Source: Ptychomitrium polyphyllum | Taxonomy: Eukaryota | NCBI GenBank assembly: GCA_973851085.1 | Contig: OZ316776.1 | Location: forward strand, 13,082,001 to 13,146,000 | DNA: 64,000 nt | Reading direction: 5' to 3' | Shown here: one piece after another, positions 51,401 through 64,000 of the stretch | How the letters are laid out: each line of letters begins with the position of its first letter | How positions within the stretch are numbered: position 1 is the stretch's first letter | Made by a program: the position numbers and the translations under genes | Notes under the pieces: model-generated | Database searches by the model: none | What the model saw: the letters and a program-made list of their open reading frames with translations, nothing else | What the model was told of the DNA's origin: nothing

Positions 51401-54400
51401 ATGGCGGGCGGCAGAACCCAGAAGAACAAAGCGCACAAGACGCGCTTCGCCTCCAAGTCGTCCCGCAATGCGCACAAGCTGTCTGGTGAGTGAGTGAGTG
51501 AGTGCGTGCGTGAGTGAGTGAGTGAGTGAATGAGTGAGCACAGCCTGTGTGATAGCCATAGCATAAGGGGTCGATACGGTCGACGAGTGCACTTCAATGA
51601 AGGTTTGACTGTTTCGTCATATTTGCTCATTGGCGTTGTCAATCTGTGCAGGCGACAAAGTTGCTGGCAAGGGGGCTGCACGGGTGACCCCATCCGGTCA
51701 AGCTGCTCGAGAGATTAGACATCAGCGGAACAAGAATGTACGAGAGCTTCTTTTTTATTTTCAGTGGTTAGGGTTATAAGTGCTCTGGTATCCTCGTTTG
51801 TGAGGATTTTACGTCGTTAGCGTGTTAGGTCTCTACTGGAGGTCGTCCGCTGAACAATTCTTGTTATTCTACTTCTGAGCAGATTCGGGAGCAGAAGAGA
51901 GCCGGTGTATTGGCTGAGAAGCGTGCAAGCAGCAGCCCTTCTAGTGCCCCAAGGATTTTGGTTCGTCCTTTCTTCTTAGCCTGTGTGGTCTGAACCTTGG
52001 TTTGTTAGTATAACTGCATTCGGGGAAGATTTTCTTTTGCTGTTGCTTGAAACATGTACGTTCTTACAACAGGTAGTGATCCATTGTATGATTCATGCCT
52101 GCTGTTTGAAACTCGTGGGTTTGTCATTCTTCCAGGCTCTTGTAGGTCTTTCAGCAAAAGCGAAAGTCGAAGCATTGAAGGAGCGAATATTGGCTGTGTG
52201 CTACACCGGAGAAGCGAATGGAACGACCGGTCAGAATGGCGACTCTATGGACACAGAAACTGCAGTGATGAGAGAGAACAAAGAACCCGGGGCGATTACA
52301 GTTGCTGTTCCCCGCTTCAAGCTTCGCCTGACAGTGAGTATTCTACTAGAGTTTTACACTCCGATCGTTGATTCGAATTTGGCACATCCGAACAATATAC
52401 CATAGATTTACGTATTCATGATGCTAACGTTTAGCCACCGTAAAGATGTTTAAATGAGAAGAACAACTTTATCCAATTTATATTAAGACGTCTGTCATGT
52501 GGCCGTGCATTTTGACGTGAGCGCAATCTCCTTTATTATCAGAATATTTCTGGCTGAATGTACTTCATCAATCAAGACTAGAGATGTATTTTTGAGTTCA
52601 TTTGAATATCTGGCCTGTTCCTGATGCCTGCAGTCTCTTTTCTTGATTGACAGATCATAGAAGCTCCACGAGACGATCTACAAGCATGTCTTGAAGTTGC
52701 TAAGGTTTGTCCGAAATTCTACTTCTGCTTTTGCATTCAATGGCTCTAGAATAATTTCTGCACCTATGCGTGCATTCTTAGTAGTTCAGGCCTGCAAGTT
52801 TCTACGCTTGCATATCTGGAGACTCACGTACCGAGTTCAATGGATGCAGGTGGCAGATATTGTTGCATTTGTTGGTCACGTCGTGCCAGATGAGGGTGGA
52901 TATATTGACCAAACTGGAAAGAAATGTCTGTCAATGTTGAGATCTTTAGGCCTCCCAGTGACTACGGGACTTTTGGTGGTAAGCTGATTTTTACCTTTTA
53001 GTATTTCTGCGATGAAGACTTGATGCTTTGTGGAAGTGAAATCAATTTATACTTCATGATTTTCCTTCTGGATTTTGTAGGTCTTCATTTCATCATCATT
53101 GTGTTCAATTTTATTTTTCTGCAAACAGAACAAATGTAATTGAACCTCTTGTCTTGCTTCTAGGTTTGATGAAACAGGTGGAAATTTGCGTGGTGTTTCG
53201 AAGTTGGTTACCCATTTCTTTGTTGCTCTAAGTTTTGTTGGAACGTTCCCAATATGAACAGGGGCTAGCTGATGTTGCGGCAAAGAAGAAATCAGATGTT
53301 AAGAAAGGAGCACTTGCAGCGTTGGAGACTGAACTTCTAGAAGATACGAAGATGCACATTGCTGATTCTACAGAGGAGTGTCAGCAGGTATGCTAAGAAT
53401 ATGATGTCCTCCTAATCCGGGTTCATTTTCGTCTGTAAAGGAGACTATTTTCTTCGCTGTTAGACTCAATGGTTTAGTTGCCACAATAACGAGACACGAG
53501 TGTGATGTATTAGTTGTTATCTTGTGATTTGACAAACAGGTATTGCGCCATCTGGCAGAGCAGCGCCTGTCAAATCCAACATGGCGCATGCAACGTCCCT
53601 TTTTGGTTGCTCAACAGGTATATGCTTGGGTGTACAGTCATTACCTATATTCATGCACATATACTTCAGTACCTCTATCGTTGTGATTCTACCAAGTATA
53701 CTGTTCTTGAATTTCTCATATTGTTTCTATTTCTTTTACAGCTGGAATACGAGGCAGATCCTAATTCTTCGGGAACTGGCATATTGCGGGTGTCTGGCTA
53801 TGTTCGCTCTCGAGCCATATCTGTCAATCAACTGGTATGTAATTAGTATCGCATGAAGTGTACCATGAAGTGAAACGGTCTTCTTTCGTTGTTACTGCTT
53901 TGGGCAGAAGAGACCAATTGCATTAGGAAGAGTGTTCTCTTGCCTAGGACCAGCTTTGAAAGATCAAATTGATGGTTTTCTAAAAGCACCGGTTAAGTGT
54001 AATTATTTTTTCAGAGTTTTATGTAGCATTTGCCATGTGATTCTAATCTTATTATTGATACGCTGGTGCAGGTCTACTTAACTGGAGTAGGCGACTTTCA
54101 GTTGAAGCAGATTGACATGGTAGGAGATCCATGTCCTTTGAGGCAGCAGAAGCGACAGAATGTTAGTGGAGACCGTATGCAAGTGGAAGATGCGTCTGCA
54201 GACCAGAAGGTGAAGGTCTAGTTTGTCCCTGTTTAAACTACAATTTATTCGTTTATATTTTTAAGGAAGAGTATTCAATTATATTTTGTGTCTCTATTTA
54301 ACATTAAAAGAGCGGTTTTTACAGAAACTTTCTTTGCATCTTGGAACAAATCATTTGTAGAGTCTCTAAGCATTTTATTTGGCATTCCCTTCAGGCTAGC

Positions 54401-57400
54401 ACCTCTGCGGTTTCCAACCCTGCATTACAAGAGCCTCTTATCGTTGAGAACATTCCTGATGATCTTGCTGGAGAGCAGGTATCTGTCTTCATCTTTACTG
54501 GCTTTGAGCACCACTTTGGATTCTTACAGTCGTTTGAAGTCTCTCTGGAATAGAGACGATGGATTACGTTTTCAGAAAAGCTCTGGAAACACAAAGCTTA
54601 TATGCAGTGTGTATGTTCTCACTTTACGCTTGGTTCTATAACGTACTGACACAAATACCACTTTACGAATCAACTGGCAATTTGTAGTTGCTGATCTAGT
54701 GCTCTTATAAATTTGCAGACTTGGCCAACGGAAGAGGAGCTTGCACAGGCTGGAAAAGGAAAGCGTCGCAAGAAAAAGCGTGTGTTACCCCGAGGCACGT
54801 CTGATTATCAGGTTATGATTTGAAATCTGATATTTTGAACCAACCGTGTTACTGCTAGTTGGCCACCTTCTTATAAGTTTGTGACAAGGTAGCTGTTTGT
54901 GATAGTTTAAGTAGAGTGATGTGGATTCTGGTTGGTGTTATGGTTTTCTACTGTATCAAGAGCCTGCTTTTGTAGTTTCTGTTCTTAAATTAGTTGTGTA
55001 AAAGTGAAGATTTTTGAGTGCAGGCTGCATGGATTGTAGAAGACTCTGACCAGGAGGAGGGGGATGCTGATGATAATGATGACGACGATGATGATATGGA
55101 AGGTGCTGGCTTAGATGCAGAAGGTACGGATGATGACAGAGAGGGCAGTGTGATTAGTGAAGATGATCGAGCAACGTCTGTTTGGGATGGTGATGACGCA
55201 AGAAGCGAGATGATGGTCAGTATCCAACCTTTGAAACTGTGCTACTCATAAGTTTTTCCTACTTGTTTTCTTGAAAACAGGATTTAAGTTGGTGTGATAC
55301 GTAGGGACATGTGTAGATTTTTTATAGGCGTAGGTTTTTTCATGTGGAACAGTTTACAGTAGCAGCTTGGGTGCATGCTCAAATCAATTAAGTTCAGTTC
55401 AAGTACCTTGTATTTCTTCATGTTTTGTATAGTTTGGTCATTAATTGCTTGATCCAGTCCTTACATATTACGGTTGTAGTTCATAGTTGTTTGATTCATG
55501 TTTTCAGGATGAAGAAGACTTGTCACCAGAGCAAAGGAAGTTAGAAATAGAGCGTTTGAAGGCTGCTCATGCTGCCGATGAAGGTACTTTGCCCTATATT
55601 ATTGCCCAAGTTATTTGCTTCTTGTCCTCGACTCGCACTTTACTGCCTCGCTGTTTTATAAAAAATGATCTTAGTTTTGGTTGCGTTTCTGTATTCTACT
55701 TGTGGATACAGAATTTCCTGACGAAGTCGACACACCGACTGATGTACCTGCTCGCCAACGGTTTGCAAAACATAGGGGCTTGAAATCTCTTCGTACTTCA
55801 CCTTGGGATGCAAAGGTGATGACCTTTCCTGTTCTTTCTTGTCCTGCTAATTTCCGAGTATAAGGATATTCTTATGAATGTTTTGATGTTGCCCTTTACA
55901 GTTATGAAAGCATGTCAGTCCTCGTAAAGCTTGCAGTTATTACATTGACTGTTTGTGGGGCGTTGACAAGTACTGCTTTAACACCTATGGGATTTAAGTA
56001 GATGTTTGAACACATAGTCTAATATTCAACATTATTGGTTTTGTGGGGAGCAGGAATCGTTGCCATTTGAGTACGCCAAAATCTTTGCCTTCGATAATTT
56101 TGCTAGAACCCAAAAGAGTGTGTTCTCAAAATTGAAGGAAACTGATTGTGGTATCCAAGAGGGCAGCTTTGCTACTGGGTGTTTTGTGAGGTTACATATC
56201 CTTCAAGTTCCAGCATCCAAAGTCGAATGTTTGCTGAAGTCGTACAAGACAAATCCAGTTGTTGTGTGTGGCCTTTTACAACATGAAACGAAGATGTCAG
56301 TTTTGCATTACAGGTGCTGCTTTACTCATGTGTCTGCTTGTATTACTCCATAGCTAACTAATGAGTGGTGTGTTTGCTTGGCACTATTGTCGTATGCATT
56401 GCCTTTGCAAGTTGTGTTTTTCAGTCCACATCTCTTGGGTTCCAGGTATTAACAATCATAATGTTATTCTATTACCTCTTTCAATCATCCTTTTGCCTCC
56501 TCTTTAGTAATTGTCTTATTTACTTAGACTCTTGATCTTTCGTGATGAACTTATTGCAACAGTGTAAAGAAGAGTGAAAGCTATACTGATCCTATAAAGT
56601 CAAAAGAGTTGCTGGTATTCCACACTGGCTTCAGGCGGCATCATACGAGGTACAACAGTTTTTAGAATTGCTTATGACTAGTATTGATTTTAGTCATTAT
56701 GCTATATCTCAGATTTGTTTCTCAATCTTCTTCAGATGACTCGATGCTGGGTCTAGTTTCATTTGGAAGGATGTTTTTTCACATTTGTTTTGGTATGATC
56801 CCTGTGAAGATGCGTCATACTTAGTACATATTAATTTAATAGTTATAATGCCTTTGATTCCCCTAGCCATGGTGGTTTTCTTGATCAGCAATGTTGTTTC
56901 TGTAGGCCTATCTTTTCTACCGATGATCTGAACATGGACAAACATAAGTTAGAAAGGTTTCTTCATCCAGGCCGCTTCTCAATTGCCTCAATCTTTGCAC
57001 CAATTAGTTTTCCAACTCTTCCACTCATAGTTTTTAAAGAAACAGATCAAGGAGCTAGTGTGGTTGCTACCGGCTCCTTGCGAAGTGTGGACCCGGACAG
57101 AATTATACTGAAGAAAATTGTTCTATCAGGGTATTTTCTCTCCCCAATGCACAAATTCAGGCATTATTATGCAAGCCTATCTCATAGCTCTATTCTAGGA
57201 GATGAGAGGAGTGTCTGTATTGAATATGGTGTGTATTTAAATATACTCTTTTGCTCTATGAGAATCCTGCTTGACTTTTGATTTTGGAAAAGTTATGTAG
57301 TGTACCAGTCTCTACAGTTACTTAAACTGCAGTAGTGGCTAGGTTTTCAATGGTGGATGGTGCAACGATCTAAGAGAACTAGTCACCACATTGATCCTTC

Positions 57401-58259
57401 TAAGTTCTGTTGGTACCGGTAGTGTTTACAGTCTTTGTGTACATCCTGAACAGATATCCATTGAGAGTACAGAAAAGGAAAGCTGTGGTTCGCTTTATGT
57501 TCCATAACCCGGAGGATGTGCGCTGGTTCAGGGTAATTTTTCAATGCTTCTGTTTAGACATACTGTTATGTTGTGCATACCTGCTTGTTCGATTATTTTA
57601 GGAATCTAAACCGTACTACTTTAGTTTTGTTTTACTGTAGGTTGTGAAAAATACTGCCCGTCACATGTTGTCAACATCTGTAAATTGTTTCAAGTGCACA
57701 GAGTACTTTTTATATTCTTGAGTTAATGGATCCGTCTCGACATGAATGCATTGCAGCCTTTGGAACTCTGGACTAAATATGGAAGGAGGGGCCGCATTAA
57801 AGAGCCTGTGGGGACTCACGGTATGCGCTTAGGACTGGGTGAATTTTTGCTGGTTTGGTTTACTCAGGATACCTGGGATGAATACATGTGAAAACCTTGT
57901 AAATGAATTTGTTTGAAGTAGATTTGGATCCTGCTGGGCAGGCGGTATATATTTCAATTTGCTGCTTGAAAGACAACAATGGAAACAGGTGCTGCTAATT
58001 GTGGACTTGCAGCAATAGCTGTCACATCTAATATCTCATTAGTAGATTATGTGCATAGACATAGAAGCAATGTGATAATTAACCATATTTAGGAATGGAA
58101 CTATACAAATCGTGATAATATGTGAACTAAAGGGTCTTCGTGCATGCAGGTTCAATGAAATGTGTCTTCGATGGTGTGGTGCAGCAAAGGGATGCAGTAT
58201 GCATAAACCTGTACAAACGGGTGTACCCAAAGTGGCCAGAATACCTGTTGACTGAGTGA
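51401..58259 (+). CDS. TSR1: Pre-rRNA-processing protein TSR1 (40S biogenesis, BMS1/TSR1 family)
   Basis: Many GT-AG exons: [44 protein letters not shown], acidic linker, [71 protein letters not shown] at 58257-58259. Confidence 0.95.
51486..51537 (+). repeat. (GTGA)n tetranucleotide repeat at the 5' end of TSR1 intron 1
   Basis: GTGAGTGAGTGAGTGAGTGCGTGCGTGAGTGAG... begins exactly at the donor GT. Confidence 0.9.
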
Positions 58260-61200
58260 TTGATTACTTTATAGAATTTCGATTACTTCACGTGCCAGCG
58301 CTACACTCTGTTCCTTGACACACTTGATGTCAGACCTGACATTATCATACTGGAGGTAGCAAGTCTGTCCTGACATTTCCTATGAAGACAGATTACTAAA
58401 TACAGGGCACCTAGTAATTTATTAGAATTGATGAGTTGTAACGCTTTGCAGCAAGTTGAAAGTGGAATTGTCAGATTCAAACCGTCATTTGCATGGTCTT
58501 TGCCATTGTGGAAACAATGTCGTGTGTACAAGCCTGCCGAAACCTTTAGATAATACGAAATCATTTAAAAAAAATCTCCATTTTTGTGAAGTGCCTTCTG
58601 GAAAGTCTTCGGATTGTCAGTTGAATGCCGCGTACTAAATTAATTACCTACTGAATCTTTTTTTGTGTTGTGGATCGAAGTTCTGAATGGGCTTGTGATG
58701 TTTTCTTTGACTATTATGTAGTGGTCTAGCAACAGCAGTAGGTGTTGGAGTATTTTATTTTGCTCGTTGACTCAAAAAGTAAAAGAGGGGCTTTTTTAGC
58801 TGTCAAGTTCTGAGCCCGGATTTTATGTTCCCTTAGGTGTTACCCAAAGTGGTTTAAATAGGCATCTTCTCCGCAATAAAGAAACGATTTATGTAGTTCC
58901 ACCGCGAATCCCTTGGGTATCCCTTTGGGACCAGTTTAAGTTCTCATGATGTTCTCATGATGGTATCTGTTTTCTAGATGCCCATAGGATATAGGTTTCT
59001 GACATAGCAATTTTTCTTCAGATTCTCACGGGCTGGTACAAGGCACCCTGATCTCTGCGTTAGCCTGCGGCAGGTCAGGTTCAGTGGCGTTTACGGAACT
59101 GTTGACCATATGATCTTAGGCGTCGAACGCGACAGTGGTTTTTATCGCCACGGTATCTGTTCCGGTAAACCCTTTGGTAGGATATCTGCGCGCTCGTACT
59201 TTGCATGGTCGACATGGGTGCGGGGTGCCTGGTTATCATCTAACGCAAGTGAGGTCCCTACACCCTCTTGGCTGTTGACGAGGGCTACCGCAAGGCAAAC
59301 CCGGAGAGAGCTGCAAAAGCTGGGAAAGTTGTAATGCGAAGGGTGAGCCGATCGACTGCAGGGTTTCAAAATGAGGAGCTAGGGGAGTAGCGTCGGCAGA
59401 GTGAGTGATCATAGATGCACGTGGGTGGCGATGGCGGAGAGCAAGAGGCGGAGATTGTCGAGCTTGGTTATGGTGAGGAGGCTTGGGTGGGTAAGGCAGG
59501 GGACCGAGGTCTTAAACGCCCTCTCGAAGTTGCAGCTGCTCGTTGCAGACAGCTGCTCAAGGTGCAGCTGCTTCGCAGCGAAGTCGACGATCACACGCCC
59601 TCACATGGAAGTTGCAGGTGCGCTGTTGCAGGTGTGGATCTCCTTGCTGCCCTCCACCATCGCAGGTGTCCATCACCTTCAGCAATGCTGCGATCCTTGT
59701 TCGCCCAGTCACGAAGTTCTTATTGTTGGTGACTACAGACAACTTCCTCGGCCCCTTCACCCTGTGACACCTTTGCTCGCCCTACTTGCTTGTAGAACTT
59801 TTGAATTTGCCCTTCTCACGTTGATTAAATACATGAACTTGAAAAGAGTCTGGATCAAGACATTAAGGTTCAAATCATCTAAGGCGTCAAGTTTTCTCAG
59901 TTCAAAGGTATGGGCTTATGCAAGAAGCTAACTGACAAACCCGACATTCATCCTTGAAGGCAAAATTCAAAGGTTTTACTAACAACTCAGGAGTGAATAT
60001 TCAAGTCGCCTTCAGAGGACAAAGACTTGTTTGCAGCGCACACTCATCAGGACTAAGCTCTAGCTTTGTTATTTGTTGATTGCACTGCCAAAGAAATACA
60101 TATTTGCACATATTGCTTGCCAACCAGAGTTTAATATGTACCGTAGGCACGTGAATCAAACTCCAAAGGAGTTGCAAGATTCAAACGTTTCACCACAAAT
60201 ACTCACAAATGAGCACCTCAGCAGTGCTCCCGTTCATCCCGCCTTCGTCAATAGTAAGTAGTAGTGTGGGGTATCCTGTCCTCGCCCCCAGTAAGAGACA
60301 AACCTTAGCACTGGTAACCATGGACCTTTGTATGTAAACAAACTAGCTTGTAATGCTTCAGCCACGAAAAGCAAGAGCTTCCGAACGTACCTATGAATCG
60401 AGCGAAATCTGAACTGTATCTCTAATGAGATACACTATAACACAATATCCAGATGATTCGATACCACCAAGACCATGGAGCCAAAGCCGGGTGAAGTGCA
60501 TCAGCAGCAGCACAGCCTTCACATCTTCACAAAGGAGACCATGAACTGTAAACGTAACCATTGAACCATCACAGAATTCACAACTATAATAACAGAACAA
60601 CTAGAGCTGAATTAAAATTTAAACTCCTTCCACAAGAACTTCATATAGCAAAGATAAGCCCGTTCAATCGTCTTCGAGAAGACACAACCGCAAACAGAAA
60701 AACTGAGAAAAACATCCCTGACCATGATTGTGCTCCCAGATAAATGCTCCCCAAATCAATCTACCTAAGAGAGACACTTGGAAATCCTCTCTCTTTACTC
60801 TCCGTAACATTATGTCCGCAAACGTTACATAAGTAGTAAACACCCAAAACCGACATTATCCACCCTGTTTGCACACGATACAATGTGGTTTCTTGTAAAA
60901 AATTCTTGGATTTAGTCGGTTTTGATGAATTTAAGATCAGATAACAGCTGTTGGTTTCGATATATACCTATGAAATTTTTTTTCATAATTTTTTAAGCGA
61001 GATGTTCGCCATCGGTAGATGACGTCGGTTGTAGGCGTTGCTGCGGTTTTGAGATTGCATTGCTTGTATAGCGGTGTGGGACATATTTTCGCTGTGGTGG
61101 TGAGAGTGGATCTTCAAATGTGCCAGAGGAGTAGATCAATTAGCAACCAGTGTCGGTTTTGGATGCGGTTAAGGCTTTCAACATGCATCCCTGAATCACC

Positions 61201-61387
61201 CACCTGGACGGAAATTCGTTAAGATCTGCTGAAGGGGAAGATGCGAAGGCCGAGGGTTCTAGAACGGGAGGGCTGAGAGGCAGGGAGAGAACCCAAAGCG
61301 CGAGAGAAGCCGCGGTGCGAGGCCTCTTCGGATGCTTGGGCGTTTTCAGGGAGAGACGCAGACAGGGATTGCACACCTTCCTTGGCG

Positions 61388-62167
61388 ATGGCATCAGTGA
61401 TGGCGTCTTTAATCACGGGCGCGACCACAGTGTGCGTGCAATCCGTGACTTCGAAAGGAGCCGTCTCTCGCGCGCAGCGGTTGCCGCAATCGCCTAATGC
61501 AGCCTTCCAACGGAGATTTCGTGGTGGTTTGTATCTGCGATGGAGTGGGAGCGAGGGTGCGTCGTCCTTGTCTGTCTCGCAATTCAAGACGGCTGCGTCT
61601 CGCGTGAGCGCTTCTTCGTCTGTTGTCTGTGTCGCCGACCACTCGTCAGAGGATTCGAGTTCGAGTGGTTCTGTGATTGCTAACGCGGTAACGTCGAGAG
61701 CAAGTTTGGTGTTGGCAATGGTGGCGCAGGCGGTGATGCGCGCGACGAAGGCTTTGATGGATACTTTGACGGCGACGCCGTTGCCGGATGGCTCCACGGG
61801 TGTGGAGAGAGAGCTTGTGTCGGCGTTGAAGGGGAGGTTAGTACTGGCAGCCGGACCTCTGTTATTTGCTTCAATTAGTCAGACGCCGGGCGCTGTGAGC
61901 ACGCCGCTCACGGTCGTGGCGAGTGGGATGGCGAAGTGGCTGGAGCTTTACAGTGGGGTGTTGATGGTGCGCGTGCTGCTCAGTTGGTTCCCGAACATCC
62001 CCTGGGAGAGGCAGCCTCTGCAGGCCGTTCGCGATATGTGTGACCCGTACTTGAATCTCTTTAGGAACATCATCCCTCCTCTCTTTAATGCCCTCGACTT
62101 GAGCCCTATGTTAGCGTTTATGGTGCTCGGAGTGTTGACATCCATTTTAAATACGTCTGCGAGGTGA
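61388..62167 (+). CDS. YLMG1: YlmG homolog 1 (YGGT family), chloroplast; intronless CDS
   Basis: 259-aa ORF with a Ser/Ala-rich transit peptide and a C-terminal YGGT domain: WLELYSGVLMVRVLLSWFPNIPWERQPL...CDPYLNLFRNIIPP...LDLSPMLAF. Confidence 0.93.
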   Translation: MASVMASLITGATTVCVQSVTSKGAVSRAQRLPQSPNAAFQRRFRGGLYLRWSGSEGASSLSVSQFKTAASRVSASSSVVCVADHSSEDSSSSGSVIANAVTSRASLVLAMVAQAVMRATKALMDTLTATPLPDGSTGVERELVSALKGRLVLAAGPLLFASISQTPGAVSTPLTVVASGMAKWLELYSGVLMVRVLLSWFPNIPWERQPLQAVRDMCDPYLNLFRNIIPPLFNALDLSPMLAFMVLGVLTSILNTSAR

Positions 62168-64000
62168 TAGGGCAAACTTACACATCATTTAGGTTTTAGG
62201 ATTAAGATTTCGTAGGCGACAGAAGACAGTTCTATTTTTGTAGATGTTACACACTGCATTCCTGCTGCTCGAGGTCATTTGCGGCCTCGGTTTTGGTTAC
62301 AAACCATACCTGTGTGGATTATTCTTGCTCATAGTCATAGTAACCTTGTTAGTGTTTTGAGTAGTGCTACTGCATGTATTTTTATATCGCAGGAGCAACT
62401 GTTGGAAGTTTTCATGCCCATGCTCATGTGCGGGTGCCGTTTCCAATCACTTGTTATCACGTGTCGTTTGTCGGTTCTCGTTCAATTTTGTACCTCTGCG
62501 GTTTATCATATCATGAGAAAAATTGGTTGGGACTGAATTGGATTGGTGGCTTTAATCTGGAGCTTTTGTTGTTAGCTGTCTCCTCGGTTTGTTTCCATGT
62601 TTTGGCTTTACTGTGTAGGTTACACATTTCTGATATTTTATTCGATATACGCCGATTATCAACATCTTTCAAGGTTGCTGTTCCTCTTCAAAGCTTGACG
62701 TAACAGTACACCTTATCCAGGAGTTCTCTCTTCCTCTCTCCCATCTCCCTCTCCAAATCCTCCAGGTCAATTTCCGATCCTAGAGGCTCTAAAACCCTTG
62801 CAATCATTAACCTCCGAAGCGTCTGCTCGACTTTCATTCCATACGGAACAAGCTCTTAGATAATCATTCTCACCTCCAAGCATCTGTAGTTGAAGTGTGG
62901 AAACGAACACCTAAACACAACACTTGCATACAAAATCAATAACAGTATGTTTCAAGTTACATAAATCTGTCATCAGTCCTTCCGCCGCAGTTAGTTACAT
63001 CAAGACGAATACGGGCGGCTTCGTGATGGATGGAACACAAGCCACCACCGCATCTTATCCACAACTGATAACCGTGGGAGATATTTGGCGCCATGGAGAA
63101 AGCGGCGATACGTCGTCATCGTCATGGTGGACCAGACACGGTTGTGTTGGCACTGCAACCCACATTTGCTGTGAAGCTTCTAGTTGAACTCTAGCAATCA
63201 GACCAACTCAGGAGGAAAGTGAGGTTGAAGCTCAAGAATGGTGAGCCTGGTCCAGAAACTTTATTTGTGCAGGAGGATCTGGACTTCGAAGGGTAGGACA
63301 ATTGGATTCGCAAGTTGTGCAATAACTTAGATAAGGCTCCCATCGTGCGAAATTCAATTTTGGTTGCTGTTGGAGAACTGGAGCAGCGATTGAAGGTTAG
63401 CAAGGAGCATTATAGAATAGGCTATGGTTGGAATTTGGAAGAATTTTAAATTTGCAGGATTTTGCATATATTTGCTCACTGCTACGATTCGGGCACGGCG
63501 GATATATGCGGCCTTCGGAAATGGGACGTTTGTAGACCTAGAGTTAGATGTTAGCGCTATCTTTGCATTCGTTGCAAGTGATGGTTTCAATGGTGGAAAG
63601 GATATGGGAAGGATAACAACGAAACATCGTAGGTATCATGGTGGAATGCAATGTTAATGGACTAGAGCTCGCACAAAACTCAATTTAGTCGACTTTAGAA
63701 TGTCACCCCCCGGCTGCAAAGCTGCACCATCCTGCAACTTCGTTAGAGCAGGATCTAGATCGCCGAGAAAGCGAACCATTGTATATAGTCTTTGGCATGC
63801 ATGCATGTTACCAGCTTGCATCAATTCTGCCCCAAGAGCGATTGAGGGAATCTTGAAGGTTAACGGGAATGAGGAACGATTGAACGATGATCAGAAATGA
63901 CTAGAGCTAGTAACATCCCTTGTGAAGTAGTATGGCATGTATTGAGCACATTGAGTGTGTTAGTAGTGAATGAATTTGTATAAAAATTCCAGCATTTGTC

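Noticed and set aside
61219..61797. 192-aa minus-strand ORF
   Set aside because: Antisense shadow of the GC-rich YLMG1 CDS.
62700..64000. CT-rich tract and short ORFs at the window end
   Set aside because: No recognisable protein or coherent exon structure within the window.

Overview
Intron-rich land-plant nuclear DNA, most likely the moss Physcomitrium patens or a relative (inferred from gene content and style, not verified). Nine protein-coding genes can be reconstructed by hand across GT-AG introns: (1) 3' part of an insulysin/IDE-like M16 peptidase (+); (2) a 10-exon membrane-anchored APCB1/nucellin-like aspartic protease homolog (-); (3) a conserved uncharacterised plant protein (-); (4) PsbP-like PPL1 (+); (5) RCC1-repeat RUG3-like protein (+); (6) an MBD10/11-type protein (-); (7) mitochondrial stomatin-like protein (+); (8) TSR1 (+); (9) YLMG1 (+). 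Intergenic blocks are very AT-rich. One contains a clean 1,162-bp solo LTR with a 5-bp target-site duplication, and another has a possible gypsy integrase trace. The most notable observation is in the aspartic protease gene. Its C-terminal exons are hidden in AT-rich DNA that looks non-coding, yet all ten exons join in phase into a ~612-aa ORF whose second catalytic D[TS]G motif reads NIG, making it a candidate pseudo-protease. No tRNA, rRNA or CRISPR was seen.
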